From contig NC_043005.1 of assembly GCF_006345805.1 (NCBI RefSeq), positions 47,988,001 through 48,052,000 of the forward strand: 64,000 nucleotides of DNA, given 5' to 3'. Within the stretch, counting starts at the first letter, position 1, and each line of letters begins with the position of its first letter. The notes under the pieces were generated by a model, which was not told the origin of the DNA, searched no databases, and saw only the letters and a list, made by a program, of their open reading frames with translations. This stretch comes from Octopus sinensis. Its lineage: Eukaryota. The position numbers were made by a program, and so were the translations under genes. Below, piece by piece: positions 1-12,669 of this stretch.

Positions 1-529
1 TTAAGCAGTGAAAATCAGCTGAAACTCAAAAGTGAAATTACTATTATAATCACCATGGTTGAACAGATGTTTGGATTTAGTTCTGCAGATCACAGAACTA
101 CCAACTGAAATTTCAGTGGACATTTGGATTTGAACCCAGACCTCCACTAATTCTATAAAATGGCCATGGAAGATCCCTCGATTGGCTATATACAAATGAT
201 GAGGGGTGCCAGATTTAAAATACTTCGACTATTCTTATTCTAGTGCCAGACAGGTACGATACAAGCCACTTTCACTGAAAAAATTTGTTGTTAATCCTAC
301 CAACCATTATATGTGGCACCATCGTGGGTACTTTATACATGGCATCAGCACAGGTACTTTTTGCATGGTACCAGCACAAGGGTAGAAATTTGGTATGAAG
401 AGTTGATTGATTAAATTGAGTCTAGTATTTGGCTGGTACTTTGTTTTATTGACCTTGCAATGATGAATAGCAGGATTGGAACTTAGTACATACTGAGCAA
501 GAATTTTGCCTGATCCCTTGACGATTCAG

Positions 530-730
530 CCAGTATATTGCCCCCTTGTTGAGAGGGGGTTGGATTAGTTGATTATTAATCCAGTATATGACAGGTAAGC
601 CATCTTATTGACTTTGGATAAATGAAAGGCAAAATTAACCTTGGTGAGATTCGAACTCAAATCATGAAGAGCTGAAATAAATACCAGACAATTTGTCCAG
701 TGCTCTGTGATCTTACCAATCTACCTCCCT
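530..730 (-). mobile_element. Degenerate tRNA-derived SINE (family B)
   Basis: Minus strand resembles the family B body seen at 12.7, 20.7 and 63.8 kb (plus strand shows gaaaggcaaa...gaactca). Confidence 0.5.
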
Positions 731-1973
731 TGTTGAAAAATAATAACATTTCAAAGTATTGTTTGAAGAATGAAAAGCTAGATAGATAGTTAGATAATAG
801 ATAGATAGATACATAGATATGTAGATAAATAGATGGAGAGAGAGAGAGAGAGAAGAACTGAAGGTAATAGGATGAGAGAATGAAATGGTGATAAGAAAGA
901 TTTATAGTAAAAGAAATTGAAGAAGGTAATGAAAAAGAGTACGAAAGTGCAGCCTGGAGATAATGTTCAGGATAGGAGGTAAAAGAAAGATAAAGATATA
1001 GAGAAAAGTGATGGAAAGAGATAAAGAGGATGACACTGTTAGTGGTAAAGAAAGAGAGAGAAAGAAAGGGAAAAATAACGAGTATGAGAGAGAGAAAAAT
1101 AGAGAGAGGAGAAGAGGAAGAAATTGAAAATGGAAGATGCAAAATGCTTTAAATTAACTGTCATGCATGCATTTCAAAATAATTAGGTTAAAACATTTGT
1201 GAAGTTGATATTAGGTTTTCTACGGGAACAATTGGAACCATCGTAGAGCAAAAGAAAACTACAATCACCAAAGTTATCGTGTTTGATTGAAAGACTATTT
1301 AGCTGCTAAGGCAGTGAACCTCGATATTTTAAATGTAGCAAGTCAAGGCTTTTTAACTTGAATTCTTATCTTAAGTAATTTCAGCTAACAAAGGAGTCAC
1401 TTAGATTTGAAATAGCTAGCTGAAAATTGTTATATTAAAAGAACTACAGAAGTGGACGGGTTTCTTTTGAAGAGCTTTAATTCTTGCCATAACTAGTGAA
1501 TGTTTCATTTGAGATGCAGTAATTGTTGACTAACAATGCATATGCAACTTCATTTAAGCATGGAGAAATTTTCTTGACAGCTTCTGACTAGCGAGAGTGG
1601 TTTCTTTCGATGAAAGCTCTACCCTTGACATGAGAAAGCCATACTTATATCATGTGAATGGTCAGATTTCTGCATTTCTCAGAGGATTTTAGATTTTAGC
1701 ATCTAGATGCCACAGCAGGTAAATATTCTTTAATGTGACTTATATTACAGTAGCCAGTGCCACTTAAGGGAGTTTAGAAAAGCAGTTATTAAACAATAAC
1801 ATAGACTTGCTGTGTGTTTTATATATTTGCATAAGCAGAAAATGTATTCTTTGCATTTTAGACTTCAGATTGGCAACCAATTTAGAGGAATGTTGAAATT
1901 GGCCTATTACTTCTTTATGTGGGCATATACATCATACACACACACACACATATGTATGTGTGTATATATATAC

Positions 1974-2006
<33 letters not shown>

Positions 2007-2047
2007 GTCTGTGTGCATGTATATATGTACATGTGTGTATGTGTGTA

Positions 2048-2082
<35 letters not shown>

Positions 2083-2339
2083 GCATGCATATATGAATAT
2101 ATAATATTATGCATAGGTGTGTTCTAAGTGTGTGCATATCTGTGTATGCATATAAATGTAAATTTGTTTATGTGAAGAAAACAAAGAAAACAACATTCAA
2201 TATGCCAATATGCAAGGTATAAATATTTGTAGGTGAACATCAGAACAAAGAGGGTTGTGTTACACATTTCTATGTGAAATTTCGAGTAATGGACGTTTAA
2301 GTTAATTTGGCTACATACATGCATGTATATACATACATA

Positions 2340-2704
2340 CATGATGATGGCCGTCCCCTCATGACCGAGGAAGACCATTGCCAACCTTCAGGAACATTGT
2401 GTGCTCTAGGACTAACTTATATTTTGCATTTGCAGCTCCGTTGGTGGCTAATGAACACTGCTCTTGACAAGCATACATGACTGCAAACATTGCAGACCAA
2501 GCTTTCCTTATTCACTATACAAGCTCGCTTAAGTTCTTCATGCTGGATACATGCTCTCTCAAAAGTGTTGATCCCCTCCTTAACCTGCTTCCTCCATCTG
2601 TGGCGATGACAGGCATTGTTCTCCCAGTCAGTGTCCTGCATATCACAGGCCTTTAATGAGGACTTGACACAGTCCTTAAATCGCAGCCTTGGTTTCTGCC
2701 GGAG
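2340..2704 (-). mobile_element. 3' end of an RTE-clade LINE (ORF2 C-terminus and (CAT)n tail)
   Basis: Minus strand translates RQKPRLRFKDCVKSSLKACDMQDTDWE...WRKQVKEG...CNVCSHVCLSRAVFISHQRSC (C-terminal zinc knuckle-like) and ends in catcat. Confidence 0.8.
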
Positions 2705-3385
2705 TCACTTTGTATCTATAATTAAATCATTTCATGATGGGATGGAGGCTTGGGTCAATGCTGGTGGTGCCATGGCGGGACCCATTCCTGTAGAGAGTGG
2801 TGTCAAGCAGGGTGACATCCTTGCCACAACTCTCTTTTCTTGGTATTTTGCTGCTACTTTTACTCATGCTTTTGCTAAGGTTAGCTCTCTGGAAATATAT
2901 GTCAGATATCGATCTTCTGGCCGCCTCTTTAATCTTCGCCGATTTGCTGCCAATTCAAAGGTTTCCCAGTCTATTATTCATGACCTCCTTTATGCAGATG
3001 ACTGTGACTTAGTCACTCATACAGTGGATGACGTGCAAATACTCATGAATTGCATTTCTGCTTTTTGCAGGGCATCTGGACTCAGCATTAGCCTGGACAA
3101 GACTGTTGTAATGTTCCAGCCTGCACCAGGAAATCCATATATAGAACCAGCTATCTTAGTTGAAGGAACAATTCTGAAGGTAGTAGACAAGTTTGTCTAC
3201 CTGGGCAGCACACTCAGCCGTTCTTGCTCCCTGGATAAGGAAATATCTTTCAGGTTGCAGAGAGCAACTAATTCCTTCTGGTCTCTTCAGTCTTATGTCT
3301 GGTCCCAACATGGTATCGCAAGGAGAACAAAAGTTGCTGTGTACCGTGCTTGTGTACTGACATCGCTTCTCTACTTATGTGAGAC
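2705..3385 (+). pseudogene. RTE-clade LINE reverse transcriptase fragment, inverted relative to its 3' end
   Basis: ORF 2616..3512 contains GVKQGDILATTLF, DLLYADDC, KFVYLGS and LLYLCET (RT motifs); it stops at a (TACA)n/(TA)n tract. Confidence 0.9.
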
Positions 3386-3428
3386 ATACATACATACATA
3401 CATACATACATGCATACATACATACATG

Positions 3429-3772
<344 letters not shown>

Positions 3773-3821
3773 CATTTATATATATACATACATTTATGTG
3801 TGTGTGTGTATATATATATAT

Positions 3822-3857
<36 letters not shown>

Positions 3858-4901
3858 AACTTACTTGGAAAAGGATGCATGGCGTTTGATCATATAATAA
3901 TATAAATAATATATAAATATATGCATATATACATACATATATGTACATACCTACATATATATGTATATATACATGCATATATGGGTACAGGACATCAAAA
4001 AAATGTGGAACACAATGAGAAATGAAAGCATAAAAACAAAAACATAAAAACAAACCTTTTTTTCAAACAACCAAAAAAAAAACAGAGTACAAGACATACA
4101 ACACAAGGAATATTCCCCTTCTTCAGTTGTCCCTGTTTCCTTTTCTCCGCATTTCAAAGGTAAGGACAAGATGCGACTTCATTGAAACAGTTCTTCCTGC
4201 AAAGCAAATTAAATATAATTTGGGATTAATTGCAGAGGGTAAAATTGGTAACAAGAACAGGAAAGTAAGAACAAAACAGTTTTTCATGCAATTTAATATC
4301 TTTGCACTTAGTATCTATTTTCAGGGACTCTATATGTTTTCTTTTCCTCTCACTTGTACATTTGGGTTCAATCACCTGCAGTGGTATTGGTACTTGGAAC
4401 ATATTGTACAACCATTCCATCGGTTCCTCCAACTTCTTTGGTTCACTTTCCATTAATCTCTTTGCAGTTGGCTCTAGTGTCTCTTTTGTATACCTTTTCT
4501 ACTTTTTACCTAATACATCATTTTACCTATGCATTTGGTAATTACACCAACTCCCCAGCTCTGCTTTCCATTCTTGTATGCCCTCATATACACCTTTTCA
4601 CCAACTTTAAAGAATTTTGCTATGTCTTCCCTGACACTTTTTCTCTTCTTGCCTGATAGCAATTTATCAAAGACTGATTTTACTTTCTTCACAAGTATCA
4701 GCTCCACAGGTGATTGACCTGATGCTGTATTCAGATTTGGTGTCACACGGTACACTCTTAAGAATTGTTGTAGAGCTACCTCATCTGTGACTTCCTTATT
4801 CAACTTACTAAGGGCTCTTTTGAAGGTATCAACAAAGCATTCTACCTGCCCATTAAATCTGGAATGGTATGGTGCCATAGTTATATGTTCTACAATGAAC
4901 A

Positions 4902-5030
4902 TCATCATCATCATCATCATTGTTTAACGTCTGCTTTCCATGCTAGCATAGGTTGGACGATTTGACTGAGGTCTGGCGAACTAGATGGCTGCACTAGACT
5001 CCAATCTGATCTGGCAGAGTTCACAAAATT
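4902..5030 (-). mobile_element. RTE LINE 3'-end fragment inserted in the Gypsy integrase
   Basis: catcatcat tail followed by tgtttaacgtctgctttccatgctagcat, the reverse complement of the RTE 3' end at 22830-22876. Confidence 0.8.
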
Positions 5031-6545
5031 TCTAAAATTCGTCAGGCACAAATTGCATTCCATTGTTAGACACTATCAAGTTTGAGATGACATATCTTGC
5101 CAACAATCCATGTAAAATATTTATTATAATTGTGTAGATTAGTTTTTTACACTCACAAATTTCTAGCCATTTCGAGAAACTATCAACTACCACTAAGTAG
5201 TAATAACCATTTAAACAACCAGCAACATCAATGTGTATTCTTTACCACAGGACATCTATCTTTGAACAATGCTTACTTTTTCTGTGGGTAATTTTTCATT
5301 TCGCTTTGGTTTACATACAACTTTTTGTTTCAGTCTTTCAGCCACATTTGAACCTACGACTGAACCAACTATATTTCCACAGAAAACACTTATGGGTGTA
5401 TTCCATACTTTGAATAGTTCCAACCAATCTGCGCTGAATAAATTAAGTGAACTTTTTAACACATAAAAGATAAATATTTCAGTTACCTTCACGAATTTCC
5501 TTATTGTTATGTCATCAATTTCTTCCACTGACCTACTATTTATTCATTATCTTTTGTTCTGACATTCTGTCACCTTCGTCCTTTACATGTCCTATATTTC
5601 CACAATGAAAGCACTCCACTTTTTGAACAATTTTTCCTCAGGTGTATACTTCCACACACAAAACATGGGTTTATTTCTTGATTTTTATTGTTTTTTAGAA
5701 AACATTTTATCTCTATTCTGAATATTTTGTACTTGTTTTACTTGGAAACCCTCTCTCCATTTGATTTCCTCTGTTTTCATGTCTTAATTTTACTATCCTT
5801 TCACATTCTTCTGACACTTGCTGTTTGGTTACATCCTGGCTTTGTTCCAACTTTGTGAGAATTCTCATTCTAACTTCTGTGTCCTTTTCGGCAGTTAGTC
5901 CCAGTGTAAAAATCAGGCATTTGAACATATCTGGCATTAATCTGACCAGCTTGAACTTCTCGCATTCCTTGTTTGCTCTACCAGCATATGTGATGTAGTC
6001 CTTGTCACTGTTTTTCTCTATGTTCAGACATTTACAACAGGTGTTGAACAATGAGCTTTTTCCACTAAAAATTCTACATAATATATCTATCGTGTCATTA
6101 AAGTTTATGTCAGAAGGTTTTCTTGGGAGTACATAATTCCTGTTAAGCTCATGTTCTGCGGCTGCTAGTATTTTTTAAGATTAAACGTGTTTTCATCTCA
6201 TCGTCCCAATCTTTACATTCTTTATTGAAGGTTTGCTCATATCTTCTGTAGGATGCCTCAAAGGTAACTCCTTCATCTGGTTCGCATTTGAACTCTGCTA
6301 TCGAGTTCACAACATAGTCTGTCAAGAACGTTTTTTCTGAATTTTTTGATGACTTCATTAATTGCAGAATTTGTTGTTGTTTTTGCAATTCGAGCAAACC
6401 GGCCAAAAAATTTTCCATAATTTTTATGATTTTTCCTTTCACAAAATTCACACAACAAAAACTTTGTGAGTTTGTTAACTCATCAGGAATTGTTAATTCC
6501 TCATGAGATGTTAAATCCTTGTCCCCACCGTTATAATCCTTAAAA

Positions 6546-6692
6546 TGTTGGATTGTTATAACATCCAATTAGGTATACTGTAAACTTAGTAAAACCAGTA
6601 AAGACATGACTATCTCTGACTGCCAACTACATACTCTGGTACTTCATGTACTTCTCTTTACTTATAGTGACTAGGTTATTCCATTCATCACA
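6546..6692 (-). repeat. Putative 5' LTR of the Gypsy remnant
   Basis: Minus strand begins TGTGATG and ends CAACA, followed by a PBS-like GGTGGGGACAAGG upstream of gag. No matching 3' LTR found. Confidence 0.45.
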
Positions 6693-7099
6693 TGAGAGGG
6701 GTGAATCGTTATTATTAATTCCCTACAACAGGAAGGGCATTTAGGCATAGAAACCAAGCTAAAACAGATGCCTGAAGCCTGGTGCAACTCTCCAGCTTGT
6801 TAGCAGTTGAACAAGATTTGTGCGGGAGCTCATGCCCTTGGTACTCAAGGTTATCTCAGATCTGTTTGGTTCCTTGATTATTCCTAGTTAGAGACTGCAC
6901 CAACCATGTATTTATAAATTTTGTATTCTATATATACTTTTCATTTAATTTCTCAACCACCCACCTTTTACCTCACACAATTTTATGTTCACACCCACTC
7001 AACTTGAAACCTGTCTTTGTAATATCCCCACTCATTTGATGTCTCCATGATAAATAAAAGAAAGCATCATTATCATATTCATCATCACCACCACCACCA

Positions 7100-7103
7100 T
7101 TAC

Positions 7104-7168
<65 letters not shown>

Positions 7169-7177
7169 TTATTATTA

Positions 7178-7213
<36 letters not shown>

Positions 7214-7900
7214 TACTATTATTATTATCATTATGCAAAAGCTATTACATGTTAATTGAATTACTAAGGATTCTGTCCTGAGGTGTCTGATGACAACAAT
7301 TCTCCTCAAATCTCAAGAACGTTTCTTAGGATTTTTGTAGAATACAAGATGTCACTTTTCTGTAGATCAACAATGTGTTTCTCAGTTCTAATATCCTTCA
7401 GCTTCTTAGGTTGCTGTCAGGATGTTGTACAGGGTGCACCAATTATCACAGGAACAATTTTCACCCTCATGTTCAACAATTTCTTTATTTCTCTGATTAG
7501 TCCTTAATAGTTCTCTCTTTTTCTCAGTTTCCCTCATATCCATTCCACTATCTCATGGTATTGTGAAGTCTGTGATCTTACTCTTTTTTTATATTTCTCT
7601 CCTCTACAATCATATCTGGTCTCCTTGATTCAATAGTAAAGTTAGTCTCTATTGAGAAATCCCAAAATATGCTATAATTATCATTAACTATCACAACTTG
7701 TGGCTCATGTCCATATCACTTTTCCATCACTTCAAAATCTCAAACAAATATTTTCCTTCAATGTCCATCTACATCAAGATTATTTTTCTTTTTCTTTTAC
7801 TCCTATTTTTCACCCACAACTTATTCTTATCTTCTGCTTAACTTTGCTTTTCAATGTTCAATGGCATGATATCCAAGGAAGGAAATGATATCTAAAAAAG
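7100..7900 (-). mobile_element. Degenerate 3' fragment of an RLE-type non-LTR retrotransposon (Hero/R4-like) with (TAA)n tail
   Basis: Minus strand gives a decayed PD..D-type endonuclease region and a C-terminus resembling IVPVIIGA...STKILRNVLEI, followed by a long (TAA)n tract at 7100-7230. Confidence 0.6.
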
Positions 7901-7989
7901 TTATCTGTTTAAATTTATTATCCCATGTTTCCCTGTCTACATTAAGATTATTTTCTCACACGGAGAGCCATGTTTATTATACATGGATG

Positions 7990-9110
7990 ACATCACTGTC
8001 ATGGTGTCTGACATTATTCTGAGAGAATACTAGGTATATACAGGTGTACATATAAACCAGGACAAATCAGTAGATCTGTAGCTAGGTTCCCATGTTGAAC
8101 AGTGGTGGTTTCTGTCACTGGACAGACTGAGGATCCAGTGAAAATCCGTGGGGCCATGTTTGGGCCAGAGCTTCAGGTAGCTAGGAACTGGAAAGAGGTC
8201 ATAAGCAAGGTGACTGATCTCACACAGAAATAGGCTGAGAGGAAGCTGTTTCTGAAAGGCTAAGCTGAAGTAGCAAATGCACACATCACCTTTATGGTGT
8301 ACTACTGCTTGGCCATAGTACCTTCTCTCGAGGAAATTCTGACCTGTTTTGTAGCACTTATTCTGATTCTTACAAAAGGGTCAGCTTCTATTAGTCAGGA
8401 AATCCTTCTTCTGTCAACATCCACTCCCTGAGGGTCTCGAGATGCCATCCTTGATGATGTGCTGACACAACCACAGAAACATCTAGATAACTGCGATGGT
8501 GTCAACAATGATGATGAAAATGAGAGTGAACTGGTATGATGTTGGTCATGTAACACATCACTCTGCTGATCATCTTCTTGACTAACCTGCAGTCATGGAT
8601 CAGCCATAGACCAAGATTGGGTGTTTGACATATAGAATATTGCCAGGTGCTCTCAAATTTCAACCAGCCTGATAAGACCATTTGTGGGAAAACAACTCAA
8701 GATTTCTATGGGAGCTAGTTGAGAGTATGAGCGATGATGGGCTGGAATCAACCCAGGGCATAAATAAGAACAGTGTAAGTGGCCTCTTCAGGAGGACTTT
8801 TAGGTTGGGAACTATGGATAGACTTTAGAATAGCAGTGCTACAGGGACCCATTACCTGTTAAAGCAAGCTCTTCAGGCATGAAAACACCAACAGGTGAAC
8901 CTGTCCAAATTGATAGACTCTACTGATTTTCTATAGGGAAGTTATGGTTTCTGAAGTCATCTCAAGGTTTTGTAAGAAAAACCAGATAGCTAAAAATGTA
9001 TTCATCAGGCTACAGAGGCCACCTGAGATGACTGTTCATGCTTTGCCTAACACGAGAATTTTCTCCACATCAAACCTCAGCAAAAATAGCCTTTTTTACA
9101 GGTTAAATAT
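7990..9110 (+). mobile_element. Degenerate L1/Tx1-like LINE ORF2 fragment
   Basis: Interrupted translation includes INQDKSVDL*LG and FGPELQVARNWKEVISKVTDLTQK*AERKLFLKG*AEVANA, typical of the post-RT region of Tx1/L1; many stops. Confidence 0.6.
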
Positions 9111-9148
9111 GTCAAACATATTTGAACTGTTCTAAAAGTTTATTTAAT

Positions 9149-9191
<43 letters not shown>

Positions 9192-9221
9192 TACATATAT
9201 ATATATACATATATATATATT

Positions 9222-9265
<44 letters not shown>

Positions 9266-9268
<3 letters not shown>

Positions 9269-9600
9269 AGAACAAAGTGTACGTACACCGCTATATATAT
9301 GTATATAAAATACAAAATTGGACAAGATGCAAAACATCCGGACAACTAGGTGATACAAAAAGGGACAACAAAACATCCAGATAGACAATACAAAAAAACA
9401 AGGACGGGTCATTCAAAGCTTTTTATCCTCAGTCAAGAACCGGATCATCCTCGCAATTTCGGCTGATTAATCTTGAGATTGCTCCAATCTGACCAGCCCC
9501 AAGGAAAAACTAAGCTAAGAGCATTAGATTCCTTGGAAAAAAGCATCAAATGTATACGAAAACAAGGACGGAAAAACAGATGATGTTACACGAATATACA
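9266..9600. repeat. (TA)n-flanked dispersed repeat, copy 1 (family P-b)
   Basis: About 240 bp closely match 13185-13422 (ggtgatacaaaaagggacaacaaaacatccagatagac...gagcattagattccttggaaaaaagc). Confidence 0.8.
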
Positions 9601-9673
9601 TACAAAAATACAATAAAAATAATGATAATAATAATAATAATAATAAACAACAGGACATAACAAAGACATATAC

Positions 9674-9724
<51 letters not shown>

Positions 9725-9731
9725 AATATAC

Positions 9732-9779
<48 letters not shown>

Positions 9780-9789
9780 TATATACGTA

Positions 9790-11445
9790 ATAAGTACTAA
9801 TAAGTAGAAAGGTAGACATCCACAAATATCTTCAGGAAGATGCCCTGCTCGATCTGTAGAAAGGTGTAGGTAGAAACTCTATAGATGTACCCAGTGTAAG
9901 CTATGGACACATAAGAGGTGCAGCAATGTCAAAGGTAGGCTTAACTGGAAGATAGTTTTTGTATGTGGCAGATGCTCGGGAGCATTAACCTCCGGAAATC
10001 TGCAGAAAACAACTTCCGTCACTTTCAGGGGGAAAAACTAGAAGTAGTTGATAGCTTCCGTTATCTAGGTGACCAAGTCAGTAGTGGGGGTGGTGCGCTG
10101 AAGTGTAACTGCTAGAATAAGAATAGCCTGGGCAAAGTTTAGGGAGGTCTTACCTCTGCTGGTGACTAAAGGCCTCTCGCTCAGAGTAAAAGGCATACTG
10201 TATGATGCGTGTGTACAACAGCCATGCTACATGGCAGCGAAACATGGGCTGTGACTGCTGAGGACATGCGTAAGCTCGTGAGGATAAGCCAGTATGCTCC
10301 GATGGATGTGTAATGTCAGTGTACATACTCGACAGAGCGTTAGCACCTTGAGAGAAATGTTGTCCTAAGAAGCATCAGTTGTGGTGTGCAAGAGAGACGA
10401 TTGCGCTGGTATGGTCATGTGGCGAGAATGGATGAAGATAGGTGTGTGAGAAAAGTGCCATCCCTAGCAGTTGAGGGAACCCGTGGAAGAGGTAGACCCA
10501 GGAAAACCTGGGACGAGGTGGTGAAGCACGACCTTCGAACTTTAGGCCTCACTGAGGAAATGACCAGAGACCGAGACCTTTGGAATATTCTGTACGTGAG
10601 AAGACCAGGCGGACAAGTGAGCCCAGCCCACTTATGAATGCCTTTTTCCTCCCTTGGACACAAAGACCGGTTGAGGCAAGCGAAGTCGATATAGAACCTC
10701 ATCCGACGACAGACACCCATCCCAACCCCCATGCTTGCGAAGACATGTTGGGGCAAGCGAAATCGAAATCGAATCGAAATCGAAACCGAATTGAACCAGC
10801 CAGGATCCTGGCTGGTGGTACGTAAAAAGCACTATCCGACTCGGGGCCGTGGCACGTAAAATACTCCAATGCGACCGTACGACAGGCACCCATGCCAACC
10901 CCCTTTGCTTGTGAAGACATGTTGGGGCAAGCGAATCGAATTGAACCAGCCAGGATCCCTGTCTGGTGGTACGTAAAAAGCACTATCCACTCGTGGCGTG
11001 GCACGTAAAATAATACTCCAATGCGACCGTACGACAGGCAACCCTTGCCAACCCCCTTTGCTTGTGAAGACATGTTGGGGCAAGCGAAATCGAAATCGAA
11101 TGAACCAGCCAGGATCCCTGGTCTGGTGGTACGTAAAAAGCACTATCCGACTCGTGGCCGATGCCAGCACCGCCTCGACTGGCTTCCGTGCCGGTGGCAC
11201 ATAAAATACACCAATCTGACCGTGGCCGTTGCCAGCCCCGCCTGGCACCTGTGCAGGTGGCACGTAAAAAGCACCCACTACACTCACGGAGTGGTTGGCG
11301 TTAGGAAGGGCATCCAGCTGTAGAAACATTGCCAAATTAGACTGGAGCCAGTGGTGCAGCTTCTGGCTTCCCAGAAACCCCGGTCGAACCGTCCAACCCA
11401 TGCTAGCATGGAGAACGGACGTTAAACGACGATGATTGATGATGA
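9790..11445 (+). mobile_element. 5'-truncated RTE-like LINE with a PHD-like finger and a 3' UTR tandem expansion
   Basis: Frameshifted ORF2: PCSICRK..CTQCKLWTHKRCS..CGRC, EVVDSFRYLG, GSETW, LRWYGHVARM, GTRGRGRPRKTW; ends in a (GAT)n tail. Confidence 0.9.
10690..11280 (+). repeat. Tandem repeat (~150-170 bp, about 3 copies) in the LINE 3' UTR
   Basis: gaagacatgttggggcaagcgaa...ccagccaggatcc...ggtggtacgtaaaaagcactatcc recurs three times. Confidence 0.85.
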
Positions 11446-11551
11446 TATAAAGTTAATCCAAACATGAAAACACAAAGAGAAAACACAAAAAGCGAGGCTG
11501 TGGAACAAATATAGTATTATTGGACGCTCAGGAAGGAAGGGAAGAAGTGGG

Positions 11552-11586
11552 GTTTAACGTTTCGAGCAGAGCTCTTCGTCAGAAAC
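11552..11586 (-). ncRNA. Minimal type I hammerhead ribozyme motif
   Basis: Minus strand: GTTT-CTGACGA-A-GAGC-TCT-GCTC-GAAACGT-T-AAAC. Stem I GTTT/AAAC, stem II GAGC/GCTC, palindromic ACGT stem III (dimer type). Confidence 0.65.
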
Positions 11587-11727
11587 ATAGGAAAAGGAAA
11601 GATCCAGAGAAGGGAAGGCAAAGGAGAAAAATCGCCAACGGTACACACGCGGTCACATTTTGAATATATACATATTCATATATGAATTAGAAGCTGCATT
11701 AGTGTTGCAAATGTTTTCAAACATACA

Positions 11728-11952
11728 TACTTAATGCACACACTCTGCTTGTTTGCCAGTAGGTTGCCATCTGGTCTGGTGGAGATGACCCCCATCAGAG
11801 CGCCAGGTATTAAAATCGTGTCATAGACAGGTGTCTTGCCTGTCTGTGACTTTCAGGAGTCAGGTGTTTTAACACCTGGCACTTTGATGGAGTCATTTCC
11901 ACCACACCAGTGGCAGCCTGCCAGTAAACAAGCTGAGCACATACATTGAGTA
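11728..11952. mobile_element. Near-fully palindromic MITE with TA ends
   Basis: Left arm tacttaatg...gcttgtttgccagtaggttgcc...ccaggtattaaaa pairs with right arm ttttaacacctgg...ggcagcctgccagtaaacaagc...cattgagta (roughly 80% by eye); the inner gtcatagacagg/cctgtctgtgac also pairs. Confidence 0.8.
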
Positions 11953-12044
11953 TATGTCTATATATGTATATATGTGTATATGTATATATGTGTATATGTA
12001 TATATGTGTATATGTATATGTATATATGTGTATATATATATGTA

Positions 12045-12079
<35 letters not shown>

Positions 12080-12087
<8 letters not shown>

Positions 12088-12310
12088 AATAGTAAAAAGT
12101 GAAAAAACTACAGAAGGCTTGTTTTAAAAGGTTAATATGTCATTTCTTCTAAACTATTTCATTGTAAGGGAAAAAAATTGATAACATTCTTCAGACATAT
12201 GACTCAAATATATATTTTTTTACCTTTTAAAACAAGCTTCTGTAGTTTTTTCACTTTTTACTATTTTCTATATATTCAACCACGTGCTTTCACAAACCAA
12301 CTTTCTTATC
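12080..12310. mobile_element. (TA)n-flanked inverted-repeat element with a degenerate HHR-like core
   Basis: ~53-bp arms at 12080-12132 and 12222-12274. Minus strand between them: ATATGT-CTGAAGA-ATGT..ACAAT-GAAAT..AT-G-ACATAT. Confidence 0.7.
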
Positions 12311-12669
12311 TATATATATATATATATATATATATATTCATGCACTAAACTGTGGGAATCAGAATTACTGAGCTAAATTTAAAAATGAGAAAACCTATGA
12401 GCTATAAAAGTGTAAAGATATTCCTTCTAAGCTTTTGATGTGTGAGAAAAAGAACAGGAAATATCTCTTGACAGTCATATTCATGATTTGCTGATTTCTA
12501 AGGAGTATCCAACAAGATGTGAAACAATCTACCAGGAAACTCTCCTTTTTTTCTGCATGAGTAAAAGGCATAGAAAGAAGGTGTTTACCATTTTATAATG
12601 CACTATGGAAGCTAAACCCTTCTAGTATTTAAAAACACACATATACATAGTTATATTCTTTTCTGCTCT

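Larger units (their letters stand above)
4190..6692 (-). mobile_element. Degenerate Ty3/Gypsy LTR retrotransposon remnant (gag, protease, integrase; RT/RNase H not seen)
   Basis: Broken minus-strand ORFs: gag-like FKCEPDEGVTFEASYRRYE and ITYAGRANKECEKF; protease-end LNLFSADWLELF; integrase APYHSRFNGQVECFVDTFKRAL...FLRVYRVTPN. Confidence 0.85.

Noticed and set aside
1-195. 64-aa minus-strand ORF at the window edge
   Set aside because: No recognisable motif, only a weak acceptor, and no supported link to other exons.
657-1142. 161-aa hydrophobic minus-strand ORF
   Set aside because: It is the reverse complement of a purine-rich (GA/GATA) low-complexity tract.
4095-4135. Minus-strand CTGAAGA followed by the hairpin AAGGGGAATATTCCTT
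   Set aside because: It is followed by GTGTTG rather than GAAA, so it is not a hammerhead as written.
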